Of a stretch of DNA of 42,442 nt, positions 1 to 11,356 are shown in pieces. Source of the DNA: an uncultured Steroidobacteraceae bacterium (lineage in GTDB: Bacteria; Pseudomonadota; Gammaproteobacteria; Steroidobacterales; Steroidobacteraceae); NCBI GenBank assembly GCA_964543105.1, contig CAZIXV010000001.1, positions 1-42,442 on the forward strand, read 5' to 3'. Each line of letters starts with the position of its first letter. The stretch's first letter is position 1. The notes beneath the pieces are model-generated. The model did not search any database. It worked only from the letters and a program-made list of their open reading frames with translations, and had not been told where the DNA came from. The position numbers were made by a program, and so were the translations under genes.

Positions 1-42
1 GCCCGGGCCAGAATGAAAACGATTCTCACGATGCACTTCCGA

Positions 43-70
43 CCCGAGCCCCAAGCCCCGAGTCCCGCGC
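43..70. repeat. Heptamer tandem array (4 units, CCCGAGC-like) just downstream of the gatA stop
   Basis: Units cccgagc/cccaagc/cccgagt/cccgcgc at 43, 50, 57, 64. Confidence 0.7.
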
Positions 71-77
71 CCTTCGC

Positions 78-1541
78 TCATTCGAATGCCGGCGGAATCT
101 GTTGATGCCACTGCGTCTCGCGTTGATAGCCGTGCGCGACGTTGAGCACCTTCGCTTCGGCGAAATGCGGGCCGATGATTTGCAGGCCGACGGGCAGACC
201 GTCCAGGAATCCGCACGGCACCGAGATGGCTGGCAAACCGGCGAGGTTCGCGCCGATCGTATAAATGTCATTCAAGTACATCGTGATCGGATCGTCGCAC
301 TCCATGCCGATATCGAACGCTGGCGTCGGCGTGGTGGGCCCGATCAATACATCGACCGCTTGGAACGCGCGGGCGAAGTCTTCCGTGATCAGTCGGCGCA
401 CTTTCTGGGCGCGCAGATAATAAGCATCGTAATAACCCGCCGAGAGCACGTAGGTGCCGGTCATGATGCGGCGCTTCACTTCGGCGCCGAAGCCTTCACC
501 TCGCGAGCGTTTATACAAGTCCAACAGATCGACCGGATTCTCACAGCGATAACCGAAGCGCACGCCGTCGAAACGCGACAGGTTCGATGAACATTCCGCT
601 GGTGCGACAACGTAGTACGTCGGCACCGACAACGGCAGGTTCGGCAGGCTGACTTCGACGAGCTGGGCGCCAAGGCGCTCGTACACTTTCAATGCATCGC
701 GCACCAGCTGATCGTTCTTGGGGTCGAGCTTGGTCTCGAAGAACTCCTTCACCAAACCGACCTTCAAGCCGGCGAGCGGCTGATCGAGCGCGGCGAGATA
801 ATCCGGCACCGGCGCATCCACGCTCGTGGAATCCTTCGGATCGAAGCCGGCCATGGCTTGCAACAGCATCGCCGAATCCTGCGCGCTCTGCGTGAGCGTG
901 CCGGCCTGATCCAGACTCGAGGCGAAAGCGATCATTCCGAAACGTGAGACGCGTCCGTAAGTGGGTTTCATGCCGGTGAGACCCGTGAGCGCGGCGGGCT
1001 GGCGAATGGAGCCGCCGGTATCCGTCCCCGTCGCGGCAGGCGTCAAGCGCGCGGCGACCGACGCTGACGATCCACCCGATGAACCTCCCGGGACCTTCGC
1101 CAGATTCCACGGATTCTTGACGGTGCCGAAATAGCTCGTCTCATTAGAAGAGCCCATCGCGAACTCATCCATGTTGAGTTTGCCGAGCATGATGACGCCA
1201 GCTTGCGACAGCCGTTCGACGACGGTGGCGTCATATGGCGCGACGAAGTTCGCCAGCATGCGCGAGCCGCAGGTCGTCAAAACACTGTCGGTGCAAAAGA
1301 TGTCTTTATGAGCGATCGGCAATCCGGTCAACGAACCGCCCTCACCTGCCGCAATGCGCTCATCGGCTTTCGCGGCGGCTGCAAGCGCCTGCTCGGCCGT
1401 CACGGTAATGAACGCATTGAGCTCGGGATTCTTCCGCTCGATGCGCGCCAGGAAATGGCGCGTGAGCTCGACGCTCGAAAACTTGCGCGCACGCAGGCCT
1501 GCAGCGAGATCGGCCAAGGAAAGGTGATGGAGTTCGGTCAT
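78..1541 (-). CDS. gatA: Asp-tRNA(Asn)/Glu-tRNA(Gln) amidotransferase subunit A
   Basis: Amidase signature [43 protein letters not shown]; follows gatC. Confidence 0.97.
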   Translation of the reverse strand: MTELHHLSLADLAAGLRARKFSSVELTRHFLARIERKNPELNAFITVTAEQALAAAAKADERIAAGEGGSLTGLPIAHKDIFCTDSVLTTCGSRMLANFVAPYDATVVERLSQAGVIMLGKLNMDEFAMGSSNETSYFGTVKNPWNLAKVPGGSSGGSSASVAARLTPAATGTDTGGSIRQPAALTGLTGMKPTYGRVSRFGMIAFASSLDQAGTLTQSAQDSAMLLQAMAGFDPKDSTSVDAPVPDYLAALDQPLAGLKVGLVKEFFETKLDPKNDQLVRDALKVYERLGAQLVEVSLPNLPLSVPTYYVVAPAECSSNLSRFDGVRFGYRCENPVDLLDLYKRSRGEGFGAEVKRRIMTGTYVLSAGYYDAYYLRAQKVRRLITEDFARAFQAVDVLIGPTTPTPAFDIGMECDDPITMYLNDIYTIGANLAGLPAISVPCGFLDGLPVGLQIIGPHFAEAKVLNVAHGYQRETQWHQQIPPAFE

Positions 1542-1549
1542 GAGGGACT

Positions 1550-1604
1550 GGCGGTTGGCGGTTAGCGGTTAGCGGTTAGCGGTTGCGGATCGCAGTTGGC
1601 GGCT
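1550..1604. repeat. Heptamer tandem array (RGCGGTT)x5 with a degenerate tail, directly upstream of the gatA start
   Basis: ggcggtt ggcggtt agcggtt agcggtt agcggtt at 1550-1584, decaying to about 1604. Confidence 0.9.
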
Positions 1605-1697
1605 AATGAGTCGCGGCTGTGAGTGACTGGCCAAAGGCGAGGTAAGAGCTGAATCCGTTCGCACTGGGCCTCGAGGGAAGCTTGTCGTGCTTCGACA

Positions 1698-3184
<1,487 letters not shown>

Positions 3185-3345
3185 CGAGGCGCTACGACGC
3201 GCTCGATACACGACTCAATGTGCCCTGCGGCTGGCGACAAGATTCCAACCTATCAAGGGATTCGCATCGCCTGCCGCGCTGACTTCCGTCGTCCGATCCT
3301 CCGGTCTCATTCGTCGAGCGCGCTTGCGCTCGGTGTACGCAGTTC

Positions 3346-4269
3346 ATGGTCAGCTTAAGCTCCGATAGCCGTCCGATCATCGGCCGCGGTCCACCGCTCG
3401 GCGCGGGCTTCTTTTTTCTTGCCGTCGCATCGATTGCGCTCATGGTGGCCGATCATCGCGGTCACTATCTCGAGACGGCGAAGATGTGGATGGGCGTGGC
3501 GACGCAACCCTTCTATACCGTCGTGCAGGCGCCCTTCGATTTCTGGAGCTGGCTGACGGGCAGCTTTGCGGATCGCACGCGGCTGCGCGAAGAGAATGCG
3601 GAATTGACCGAGGAATTGCGTGTCGCGCGCATCAAGGCACTGCAGTTCGAAGCGCTCTATGAAGAAAATCGCCGGCTGCGCGCCATCCGCGCCGCCTCCG
3701 AAGGCATCGCCGAACGCACGCTCATTGCTGAGATCATGCGCGTCGATGTCGATCCGTTTCGGCATCGGGTGCGCATCAACAAGGGCGCTGACGATGGCGT
3801 GTTCACCGGACAGCCCGTGGTCGATGCGTTCGGCATCCTCGGGCAGGTCACTCGCGTGGATCGCTATTCAGCCGAGCTGATTCTCATCAGCGACAACGAA
3901 CATGCCACACCCGTGCAGGTGAATCGCAATGGCATTCGCACGATTGCCGTGGGTACGGGCGATGTGAACAGGCTTACGCTACCCTTCCTCACCGGCGAAG
4001 CCGATGTGAAACCAGACGACCTGCTCGTCTCCTCCGGGCTCGATGGCGTATTTCCTGCCGGTTATCCGGTCGCAAAGATCACACGCGTCGAGCGCAATCC
4101 ATCGCAGACATTCGCCGTCGTCGAGGCCAAGCCCATGGCGCAACTCGATCGCTCGCGCGAGGTGTTGCTGCTGTGGTTTCGGGGCAAACCCGCAAGGCCG
4201 CAGCAGACCGAGCCTGAAACCGCATCGACCGCATCCGAGCCAACTGAAAGCGCGGCGCCTGCGCAATGA
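3346..4269 (+). CDS. mreC: Rod shape-determining protein MreC
   Basis: N-terminal TM, coiled coil (ENRRLR), SSGLDGVFPAGYPVA; follows mreB. Confidence 0.95.
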   Translation: MVSLSSDSRPIIGRGPPLGAGFFFLAVASIALMVADHRGHYLETAKMWMGVATQPFYTVVQAPFDFWSWLTGSFADRTRLREENAELTEELRVARIKALQFEALYEENRRLRAIRAASEGIAERTLIAEIMRVDVDPFRHRVRINKGADDGVFTGQPVVDAFGILGQVTRVDRYSAELILISDNEHATPVQVNRNGIRTIAVGTGDVNRLTLPFLTGEADVKPDDLLVSSGLDGVFPAGYPVAKITRVERNPSQTFAVVEAKPMAQLDRSREVLLLWFRGKPARPQQTEPETASTASEPTESAAPAQ

Positions 4270-4323
4270 ACATTCGCTGCGCAAACTACTCATATATATG
4301 CGCCTGCGCGCGAGGACTTGCGC

Positions 4324-4809
4324 ATGGCGACCGGTGAAGTGCGGTCGGCCGGCTGGCGCATCATCGGCACGGTCCTGCTGGCGCTGATATTTGCGATCAC
4401 GCCGCTGCCCGGTGAGCTGGAAGTCGCGCGGCCGAATCTGCTGCTGCTGTTCGTCATTTATTGGTCGCTGAGCTCACCGCGCGTCGCGGGACTTTTATTC
4501 GGCTGGTTGTGTGGCTTTGCGATCGATTTACTGCAGGGTCCGTTGCTCGGACAACATGCCATCGCTTTTCTTCTGGTCACCTTCCTGACGCACAAGTTTC
4601 AGCTCCGGATGCGGATTTTCCCGATTTATCACCAGACATTGACGGTCTTCATGCTGTTGGCCCTGTATGAATTCCTCCTGTTCTGGATCGACGGCATCAT
4701 CGGCCAGGCCGTCACCTCCTGGATGCGATGGCTACCCGTCCTCACGAGCACAGTGCTCTGGCCTCCCCTGGTCGCGGCGCTGGATACGTGGAATCGCCGC
4801 AATCGATGA
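4324..4809 (+). CDS. mreD: Rod shape-determining protein MreD
   Basis: Hydrophobic 161 aa, RPNLLLLFVIYW, GFAIDLLQG-LGQHA; GAGGA RBS before ATG 4324. Confidence 0.93.
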   Translation: MATGEVRSAGWRIIGTVLLALIFAITPLPGELEVARPNLLLLFVIYWSLSSPRVAGLLFGWLCGFAIDLLQGPLLGQHAIAFLLVTFLTHKFQLRMRIFPIYHQTLTVFMLLALYEFLLFWIDGIIGQAVTSWMRWLPVLTSTVLWPPLVAALDTWNRRNR

Positions 4810-4813
4810 GTGC

Positions 4814-4946
4814 GGCAACGGGCTACGGGCAACAGGCTACAGGCCACAGCAAGAGAAAAGCGGGATTCACGGCTGAATCGATGGCGTATACACACTTACC
4901 AATGCAACGATTCTGGCTGTCGCCTGTCGCCTGTCGCCTGTAGCCG
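4814..4946. repeat. Inverted heptamer arrays (GGCWACR-like x5 ... TGTMGCC x4) forming a long hairpin between mreD and mrdA
   Basis: Left arm ggcaacg ggctacg ggcaaca ggctaca ggccaca (4814-4848); right arm tgtcgcc x3 then tgtagcc (4918-4945). Confidence 0.9.
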
Positions 4947-4955
4947 TCCTGCGCA

Positions 4956-6899
4956 ATGTCCCGTCCCGTTCGCATCAAAGATCATCACTACGAACAGCGT
5001 TTGTTCGAACGGCGTGCTTTGGCTGCGGCGACGATCATGGTGATCGGCATTCTGGCGATCATCGGCCGCCTGGTGTGGTTGCAAGTGGTGAAGTACGACT
5101 ACTACTTGCAGGAGGCGCAGGGCAATCGCATCAAGATCGAGCCGATTCCGCCCAACCGCGGTTTGATTCTCGACCGCAATGGCTACCCGCTTGCGACCAA
5201 CGCGCCCTCGTATCAGTTGGAGCTCACGCGCGAGCAGGTCGCTGATCTGGATGAGACGCTGGCCAGGCTCGCGGACCTGGGCATGTTCGCGAAAGAAGAC
5301 ATCGAGACTATCAAACAGGACATTCGCGGCCGGCGCAGTTTCGAATCCGTCCCCATCAAGCTGCAGCTGACGGAGGAAGAACTCGCGCGCTTCGCCGCCC
5401 GCCGACATGAATTTCCCGGCGTGGAAATCGTGCCGCGATTGACTCGCTTCTATCCGCTTGGACCGAGCAGCGTGCATGCGATCGGTTACGTCGGCGCCAT
5501 CAGCGAGGACGACAAGAAAGTCCTGAAGATGGAGAACTACGCCGGCACGACGCTCACCGGCAAGACCGGCGTCGAGCGCGCCTACGAAAGTGAATTGCAT
5601 GGCAGTGCAGGCTTTCAACAACTACTCGTCAATGCTCAAGGCCGACGCGTCGATCGCGTGGGACGTACCGCGGCAGATCTGGTGCGCAAGGAGCCGATCG
5701 CCGGCAACGACCTGTTTTTGACGATCGATCAGCGGGTGCAGCAGATCGCCGAAGCATCGCTGCGCGGGTATCGTGCATCCGCCATTGCGATCGATCCGTC
5801 GAACGGCGATGTGATTGCATTCGTCAGTACGCCCGCCTTCGATCCGAATCTGTTCGCCCGCGGATTGACCCGAGCCCAATACTTGGCGCTCACCGAAGAT
5901 CCCAATCGCCCGATGTACGATCGCGCGCTGCGCGGCCTATATCCACCGGGCTCGACGATCAAACCGCTAATGGGACTGGCCGCGCTCGAATACGGAATCG
6001 TGGTTCCGGAGAGCACACGCTTTTGCCGCGGCTCCTATCGCATGCCGGGCGTGTCACGCCCCTGGCGCGATTGGCGCCCCGCAGGGCACGGGACCGTCGA
6101 TCTGCGCCGTGCGATCGCCACCTCGTGCGATGTGTACTTCTATGACGTCGCCCACCTGATGGGCATCGATCGCATCCACGACTACCTTGAGCAATTCGGT
6201 CTCGGTGCGCCCACGGGCATCGACATCCCTGGCGAGCGCGGCGGCATCCTGCCTTCTACCGCCTGGAAACGCAGCGCGTTTCGACGCAAGGAAGCGCAGA
6301 CGTGGTTCCCGGGTGAAACCGTCAGCGTCGGCATCGGTCAGGGCTACATGTCCACGACGCCGCTGCAACTCGCTCACTTCACTGCGACGCTCGCCGCGCG
6401 CGGAGAACGCTTCTCGCCGCGGCTCGTGCGAGCCATTCGCAACGTCACCACCGGCGAAGTGCGTGAATTACCGCCCCAGGCGTTGCCGCCGGCGAAAACC
6501 GCCGACCCGAATTCCTGGCAAGTCGTGATCGACGGCATGGTCGACGTCGCGCATGCCTCTCATGGCACGGCCGCGTACTACTTGCGCGGCATGAAGTATC
6601 AAATGGCAGGCAAGAGCGGCACGGCGCAGGTTTTCACCGTGGCCGCCAACGAACGCATGCGCAAGGCCAACGAACTGGCCGAGCATTTGCGCGACCACGC
6701 TCTGTTCGTCGCTTTTGCGCCGGTCGAGGCACCAACGATCGCCGTCGCGGTCATTATCGAGAACGCGCCCGGCGGCGGCTCCGGTTTTGCCGGGCCGATC
6801 GCCCGACGCATTCTTGATGCCTACCTGCTGACGCCCGAGGAACTGGCGGCGCAGGATGCTGCGCAAAAGCCGACGACTGCAGCCCCCGCGGGGGATTAA
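4956..6899 (+). CDS. mrdA: Penicillin-binding protein 2 (elongasome transpeptidase)
   Basis: N-terminal TM, RGLILDRNG, SxxK (STIK), SCD, KSGTAQ motifs. Confidence 0.96.
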   Translation: MSRPVRIKDHHYEQRLFERRALAAATIMVIGILAIIGRLVWLQVVKYDYYLQEAQGNRIKIEPIPPNRGLILDRNGYPLATNAPSYQLELTREQVADLDETLARLADLGMFAKEDIETIKQDIRGRRSFESVPIKLQLTEEELARFAARRHEFPGVEIVPRLTRFYPLGPSSVHAIGYVGAISEDDKKVLKMENYAGTTLTGKTGVERAYESELHGSAGFQQLLVNAQGRRVDRVGRTAADLVRKEPIAGNDLFLTIDQRVQQIAEASLRGYRASAIAIDPSNGDVIAFVSTPAFDPNLFARGLTRAQYLALTEDPNRPMYDRALRGLYPPGSTIKPLMGLAALEYGIVVPESTRFCRGSYRMPGVSRPWRDWRPAGHGTVDLRRAIATSCDVYFYDVAHLMGIDRIHDYLEQFGLGAPTGIDIPGERGGILPSTAWKRSAFRRKEAQTWFPGETVSVGIGQGYMSTTPLQLAHFTATLAARGERFSPRLVRAIRNVTTGEVRELPPQALPPAKTADPNSWQVVIDGMVDVAHASHGTAAYYLRGMKYQMAGKSGTAQVFTVAANERMRKANELAEHLRDHALFVAFAPVEAPTIAVAVIIENAPGGGSGFAGPIARRILDAYLLTPEELAAQDAAQKPTTAAPAGD

Positions 6900-6906
6900 C
6901 GATTCG

Positions 6907-8052
6907 ATGGTCACGAACTACGACAAGCTCGACACCTCACGCGCACAGCGCACGCTGACCGGCAGCGCGCGTCTGCTGTTCGCGTTGCATCTGGACGGGC
7001 CGTTGTTCATCGGTTTGTCCCTGCTCGTCGGCGTCGGGGGCATCGTGCTGTTCAGCGCCTCGGGGCGTAGCATCTCGATGCTCGAAACCAAGGCGATTCA
7101 TTTCGGCCTTGCGCTCGTCGTCATGATCGCGTTGGCGCAGGTGCCGCCGCGCATGATTCGCATGGCAACGCCGTGGGCGTATCTGCTCGGCGTGATTTTG
7201 CTGACGGCGGTCATGGTGACCGGCGACGTCGCCATGGGCGCCCAGCGTTGGCTCGACCTGGGTGTCGTGCGCTTCCAGCCTTCAGAACTCATGAAGATCG
7301 CCGTGCCGCTCGCGTGCGCGTGGTATTTGCACGAGCGTCCGCTGCCACCGACATTGCCTGCTGTCATCGTCCTCCTGCTCGGCATTCTGCTGCCGACGCT
7401 CTTGATCGCCGAACAACCAGATCTGGGCACCTCACTACTCGTCGCCACGGCAGGTGGCATGGTCGTGCTGCTCGCGGGCCTGCGGCTGCGTTATATCTTT
7501 GGCGCGCTAGCGCTATTGGTTCCTACCGCCGTCATCGCGTGGCAGTTTCTGCTACATGACTATCAACGCCAGCGCGTGCTCACGTTCCTGGATCCGCAGA
7601 ACGATCCGCTCGGTGCGGGCTATCACATCATCCAGTCGCAGATTGCGATCGGTTCGGGCGGAATCTTCGGCAAAGGTTATTTGCGCGGCAGCCAGGCGCA
7701 ACTCGAGTTCTTGCCCGAACGCTCGACGGACTTCGTCTTCGCCGTGATCGGTGAAGAATGGGGACTCATCGGGCTCGTCACCGTACTGCTGCTCTTCCTG
7801 TTCGTCGTCGGCCGTGCGCTGTATCTCGCCGCCACCGCACAAGACACCTTCGCGCGTCTAGCCTCCGGCAGCATTGCGCTCACGTTTTGTGTGTATGTGT
7901 TCGTCAATAGCGGCATGGTCATCGGCTTGTTGCCTGTCGTCGGTGTGCCCTTGCCGCTCGTCAGTTATGGCGGCACGGCAATGGTGACCCTCATGGCCGG
8001 TTTCGGTATTCTCATGTCGCTCTGCGCGAAGCGAAAACTCGTGGGTCGTTAG
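6907..8052 (+). CDS. rodA: SEDS peptidoglycan glycosyltransferase RodA
   Basis: GAQRWL, FQPSELMK, QPDLGT, GYHIIQSQIAIGSGG, PLVSYGG. Confidence 0.96.
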   Translation: MVTNYDKLDTSRAQRTLTGSARLLFALHLDGPLFIGLSLLVGVGGIVLFSASGRSISMLETKAIHFGLALVVMIALAQVPPRMIRMATPWAYLLGVILLTAVMVTGDVAMGAQRWLDLGVVRFQPSELMKIAVPLACAWYLHERPLPPTLPAVIVLLLGILLPTLLIAEQPDLGTSLLVATAGGMVVLLAGLRLRYIFGALALLVPTAVIAWQFLLHDYQRQRVLTFLDPQNDPLGAGYHIIQSQIAIGSGGIFGKGYLRGSQAQLEFLPERSTDFVFAVIGEEWGLIGLVTVLLLFLFVVGRALYLAATAQDTFARLASGSIALTFCVYVFVNSGMVIGLLPVVGVPLPLVSYGGTAMVTLMAGFGILMSLCAKRKLVGR

Positions 8053-8097
8053 CGTGATATTTCCTTCCACGGCTCAATCAACGGCTCGACTTCATTA

Positions 8098-9078
8098 GTG
8101 CACAAATACCTCGTTGCCTTTTTCATTTACAGCTTCGGCGCGGCGAACCTTGCTCACGCGTTCGACAGCAACCGTCCCGAAGTCCGCGCGTTCATCGACG
8201 AGACGGCTGCGCAATTCGATCTGGATAAGAAAGAGATCGGCGCGCTGCTTGCTCAGGCCGAAACCAAACAACCCATCCTCGATGCAATCAGCCGACCGGC
8301 CGAACGCGTCGTGCCGTGGTTCGAGTATCGCGAGCGCTTCCTGACCGAACGGCGCATTCAGCAAGGCACGGAATTCTGGACGGCGAATGCAGCGCATCTC
8401 GACCAGATTCGCGATCCAGGCCTGACCGCAACGATCGCCGGCATTCTCGGTGTGGAAACCTCCTACGGACGCATCACCGGGCGTTATCGAGTGCTGGATG
8501 CGCTGGTGACGCTCGCGTTTGATTACCCACCACGCGCACCTTTCTTCCGCAGCGAGTTGCAGCACTTCCTGCTATTGGCGCGCGAAGAAAACATCGATCC
8601 CAAAACGGCCCTGGGCTCGTACGCGGGCGCCATGGGCATCCCGCAGTTCATTTCCTCGAGCTATCGCCATTACGCGATCGATGGTGATGGCGACGGCAAG
8701 CGCGATCTATGGTCGAGCTGGCATGACGTGATCAGCAGTGTGGCGAATTATTTGCGTGTGCACGGTTGGCGCGAAGGCGAACCCGTCGTGACCCAAGCGA
8801 CACTCGAAGACACGGACCTCGCGCGCTTCAATCTTGCCCTCGAACTGAACGAAACCGTGGGCTCGCTACGTGACAAAGGTGTCATGTTCGAGACCGACCA
8901 ACCTGCCGACGCACCGGCCATGTTCGTCGTGTTGCAAGGTAAGGAAGGTCCGGAGTACCGCGTCGGCTTCAACAACTTCTACGTCATCACCCGCTACAAC
9001 CGCAGCACGATGTATTCGCTCGCAGTGCACGAACTCGGTAACGCGATCGCCGCATCCAAACGGGACGCGAAGCGCTGA
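8098..9078 (+). CDS. mltB: Lytic murein transglycosylase B
   Basis: GVETSYG, GSYAGAMGIPQF, EF-hand-like DGDGDGKRDLW, ITRYNRS. Confidence 0.93.
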   Translation: MHKYLVAFFIYSFGAANLAHAFDSNRPEVRAFIDETAAQFDLDKKEIGALLAQAETKQPILDAISRPAERVVPWFEYRERFLTERRIQQGTEFWTANAAHLDQIRDPGLTATIAGILGVETSYGRITGRYRVLDALVTLAFDYPPRAPFFRSELQHFLLLAREENIDPKTALGSYAGAMGIPQFISSSYRHYAIDGDGDGKRDLWSSWHDVISSVANYLRVHGWREGEPVVTQATLEDTDLARFNLALELNETVGSLRDKGVMFETDQPADAPAMFVVLQGKEGPEYRVGFNNFYVITRYNRSTMYSLAVHELGNAIAASKRDAKR

Positions 9079-9905
9079 TGCGATCGCACGCGCTCTCCCA
9101 CACACACCTTCACTTCATCTGGCTGGCAGTGCTCGCTGCGCTCCTCGCGGGCTGCGCCGGTCAACCGCGCCGCACGATTCCACCGCCCGCGCCGCTGCCG
9201 TCGCCGACAATCACTAAACCGCCGGTCGATATCGCTGGGATCCCGGATGCAGTGCCGAAGGCCGAGCCGCGTTCGGCGAAAGGTAATCCACAGTTCTATA
9301 CCGTCCTCGGCAAACGGTATTTCGTGAAGGAGAGCGCCGCAGGCTATGTCGAACGCGGTGTCGCGTCCTGGTACGGGCCGGGTTTTCACGCGAAAACCAC
9401 TTCGAATGGCGAACGCTATGACATGTATGCGATGACGGCGGCGCATCCGACGTTGCCACTGCCCTCGTACGTGCAAGTCACGAATCTGACCAACGGCCGC
9501 ACGGTGACCGTACGTGTGAACGATCGCGGTCCCTTCAAGGACGGCCGCATCATCGATTTGTCTTACACCGCAGCGGCGAAGCTCGACATCATTCGCGACG
9601 GCACCGCGTTCGTCGAGGTGCGTGCGGTCGGCGTGGGCGATGCGCCAAAGAGCGCTGCTGCGCAGCCGACGAGTTCGCTGTTCGTACAGGCCGGCGCCTT
9701 TGCAACCGAGGCGAACGCCAAGAAGCTCGTCAACGATCTACGCCACCAAGGCATCGCGAATGCGGCGGTACGCGCGGATCGAGTCGATGGCCGCACGCTG
9801 TACCGAGTCCGCGTCGGTCCGGTACCGAGCGTGCCCGACTTCGACCGTGCGCTGGCGCGACTGAAGAAGCTCGGCATTGCCGATGCGCATCTGGCGCTGA
9901 ACTGA
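9078..9905 (+). CDS. rlpA: Septal lytic transglycosylase lipoprotein RlpA
   Basis: Lipobox LAGC, GVASWYG, TAAHPTLP, VNDRGPF, C-terminal SPOR domain (VQAGAF, YRVRVGP). Confidence 0.95.
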   Translation: MRSHALSHTHLHFIWLAVLAALLAGCAGQPRRTIPPPAPLPSPTITKPPVDIAGIPDAVPKAEPRSAKGNPQFYTVLGKRYFVKESAAGYVERGVASWYGPGFHAKTTSNGERYDMYAMTAAHPTLPLPSYVQVTNLTNGRTVTVRVNDRGPFKDGRIIDLSYTAAAKLDIIRDGTAFVEVRAVGVGDAPKSAAAQPTSSLFVQAGAFATEANAKKLVNDLRHQGIANAAVRADRVDGRTLYRVRVGPVPSVPDFDRALARLKKLGIADAHLALN

Positions 9906-10102
9906 CGTTGCAACGATCAGTTTGGGCGTCACGCCCTGCGTACTGAGTTGTCGCAGGGCACTTCGATGGCGGGTCGTCGTTTGCGGCTATCGGATGTCTC
10001 AGCCGCCATGATTTGCCACGACGCACGCATTCTTTGCCTACTTTCCGCGGCTTTCGGTCGGTAAGATCGCGCCTCATCGCAACCTCGACCTCGAGATTTT
10101 CA

Positions 10103-11347
10103 ATGCCACATCCGTTCCGTTTCTTTCGGTCGCTCGCATGCGTAGCAGCGTTGCTCGCTTGCGCCGCATGTTCGGATTCCGACTCGACGCAAGCGAGCGA
10201 AGCGGCACCCTCGTCCACCGCCAGCGCCATTCCCGTCGCCATGTTCGCGCAGGCGGACACCTCGAGCGCTCCGCCGATTCCGATTCCTGCACCTCCGCAA
10301 GTACCCGTCCGGGGTTATTACGTCACCGATTTCACGACAGGCGCCGTACTCGCCGCATCCAACGAAAATGAGCGTCTCGAACCGGCCAGCCTCACGAAGC
10401 TCATGACCGCCTATGCCGTGTTCAAAGCTTTGGAAGATGGTCGCATCCGCTTGGACGATGAGGTGACGATTAGTGCGCATGCGCGCTCGCAGGAAGGCTC
10501 GCGCATGTTCGTCGAAGTCGGCACACGCGTCTCCGTCGAGAATTTGATCCAAGGCATGATCGTGCAATCGGGCAATGATGCGACCGTCGCGCTGGCTGAG
10601 CACGTCGCCGGCAGCGAAGCCGTGTTCGTCGACCTCATGAACCAATACGCGCAACAACTCGGCATGACGTCATCGCATTTCGAAAACAGCCCTGGCATGC
10701 CGGGGCCGCAGCATTACGTGACGGCGCGCGATATCGGTTTGCTGGCCGCCGCCCTGGTGCGCGAATTTCCCCAGTACTACAAGTGGTACTCCCAGCGTGA
10801 ATTCACCTGGAACAAGATCACTCAACCCAATCGCAACGGTCTGCTCGATCGCGATCCGACTGTCGATGGCATGAAGACGGGCCACACCTCTTCTGCCGGT
10901 TATTGCCTCGTCTCGTCTGGCTTGCGTGATGGCATGCGCGTTATTTCCGTCGTCATGGGTGCGCCCTCGATCCGTGCGCGGGAAGACGCGAGCCTTGCGC
11001 TCATCAACTATGGGTTTCGCTTCTACGAGACCAAGCAGCTGTTTGCTGCGAACAAACCGGTCGTCACGGCGCGCGTCTGGAAAGGCGATGAAGACCAGGT
11101 CGAGCTTGCGCCCAATCACGATGTATTCGTGACGATTCCTCGCGGGCAAGAGGGTTCGCTCGTGGGCGCGGCAGATGTGACTCATCCTCTCATCGCCCCG
11201 CTCGCACCTGACACCTCGGCCGGCAAGCTGCGCGTCTCGCGTGGTGAAGACCTGGTTGGCATTTATGATCTGTACCCGACGGTCGAAGTGCCCGCGGCCG
11301 GCATCTTCGGCCGGTTGTGGGACAACCTGATGTTGTGGATGGAGTAG
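10103..11347 (+). CDS. dacA: D-alanyl-D-alanine carboxypeptidase (PBP5/6 family)
   Basis: PASLTK, SGN, KTG motifs; C-terminal amphipathic GIFGRLWD; start uncertain (ATG 10103 preferred). Confidence 0.9.
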   Translation: MPHPFRFFRSLACVAALLACAACSDSDSTQASEAAPSSTASAIPVAMFAQADTSSAPPIPIPAPPQVPVRGYYVTDFTTGAVLAASNENERLEPASLTKLMTAYAVFKALEDGRIRLDDEVTISAHARSQEGSRMFVEVGTRVSVENLIQGMIVQSGNDATVALAEHVAGSEAVFVDLMNQYAQQLGMTSSHFENSPGMPGPQHYVTARDIGLLAAALVREFPQYYKWYSQREFTWNKITQPNRNGLLDRDPTVDGMKTGHTSSAGYCLVSSGLRDGMRVISVVMGAPSIRAREDASLALINYGFRFYETKQLFAANKPVVTARVWKGDEDQVELAPNHDVFVTIPRGQEGSLVGAADVTHPLIAPLAPDTSAGKLRVSRGEDLVGIYDLYPTVEVPAAGIFGRLWDNLMLWME

Positions 11348-11356
11348 ACACGACTC

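Noticed and set aside
3185-3345. ncRNA in the mreB-mreC gap
   Set aside because: Only a 9-bp GC-rich inverted repeat (3198-3206 and 3314-3322), which is plausible by chance
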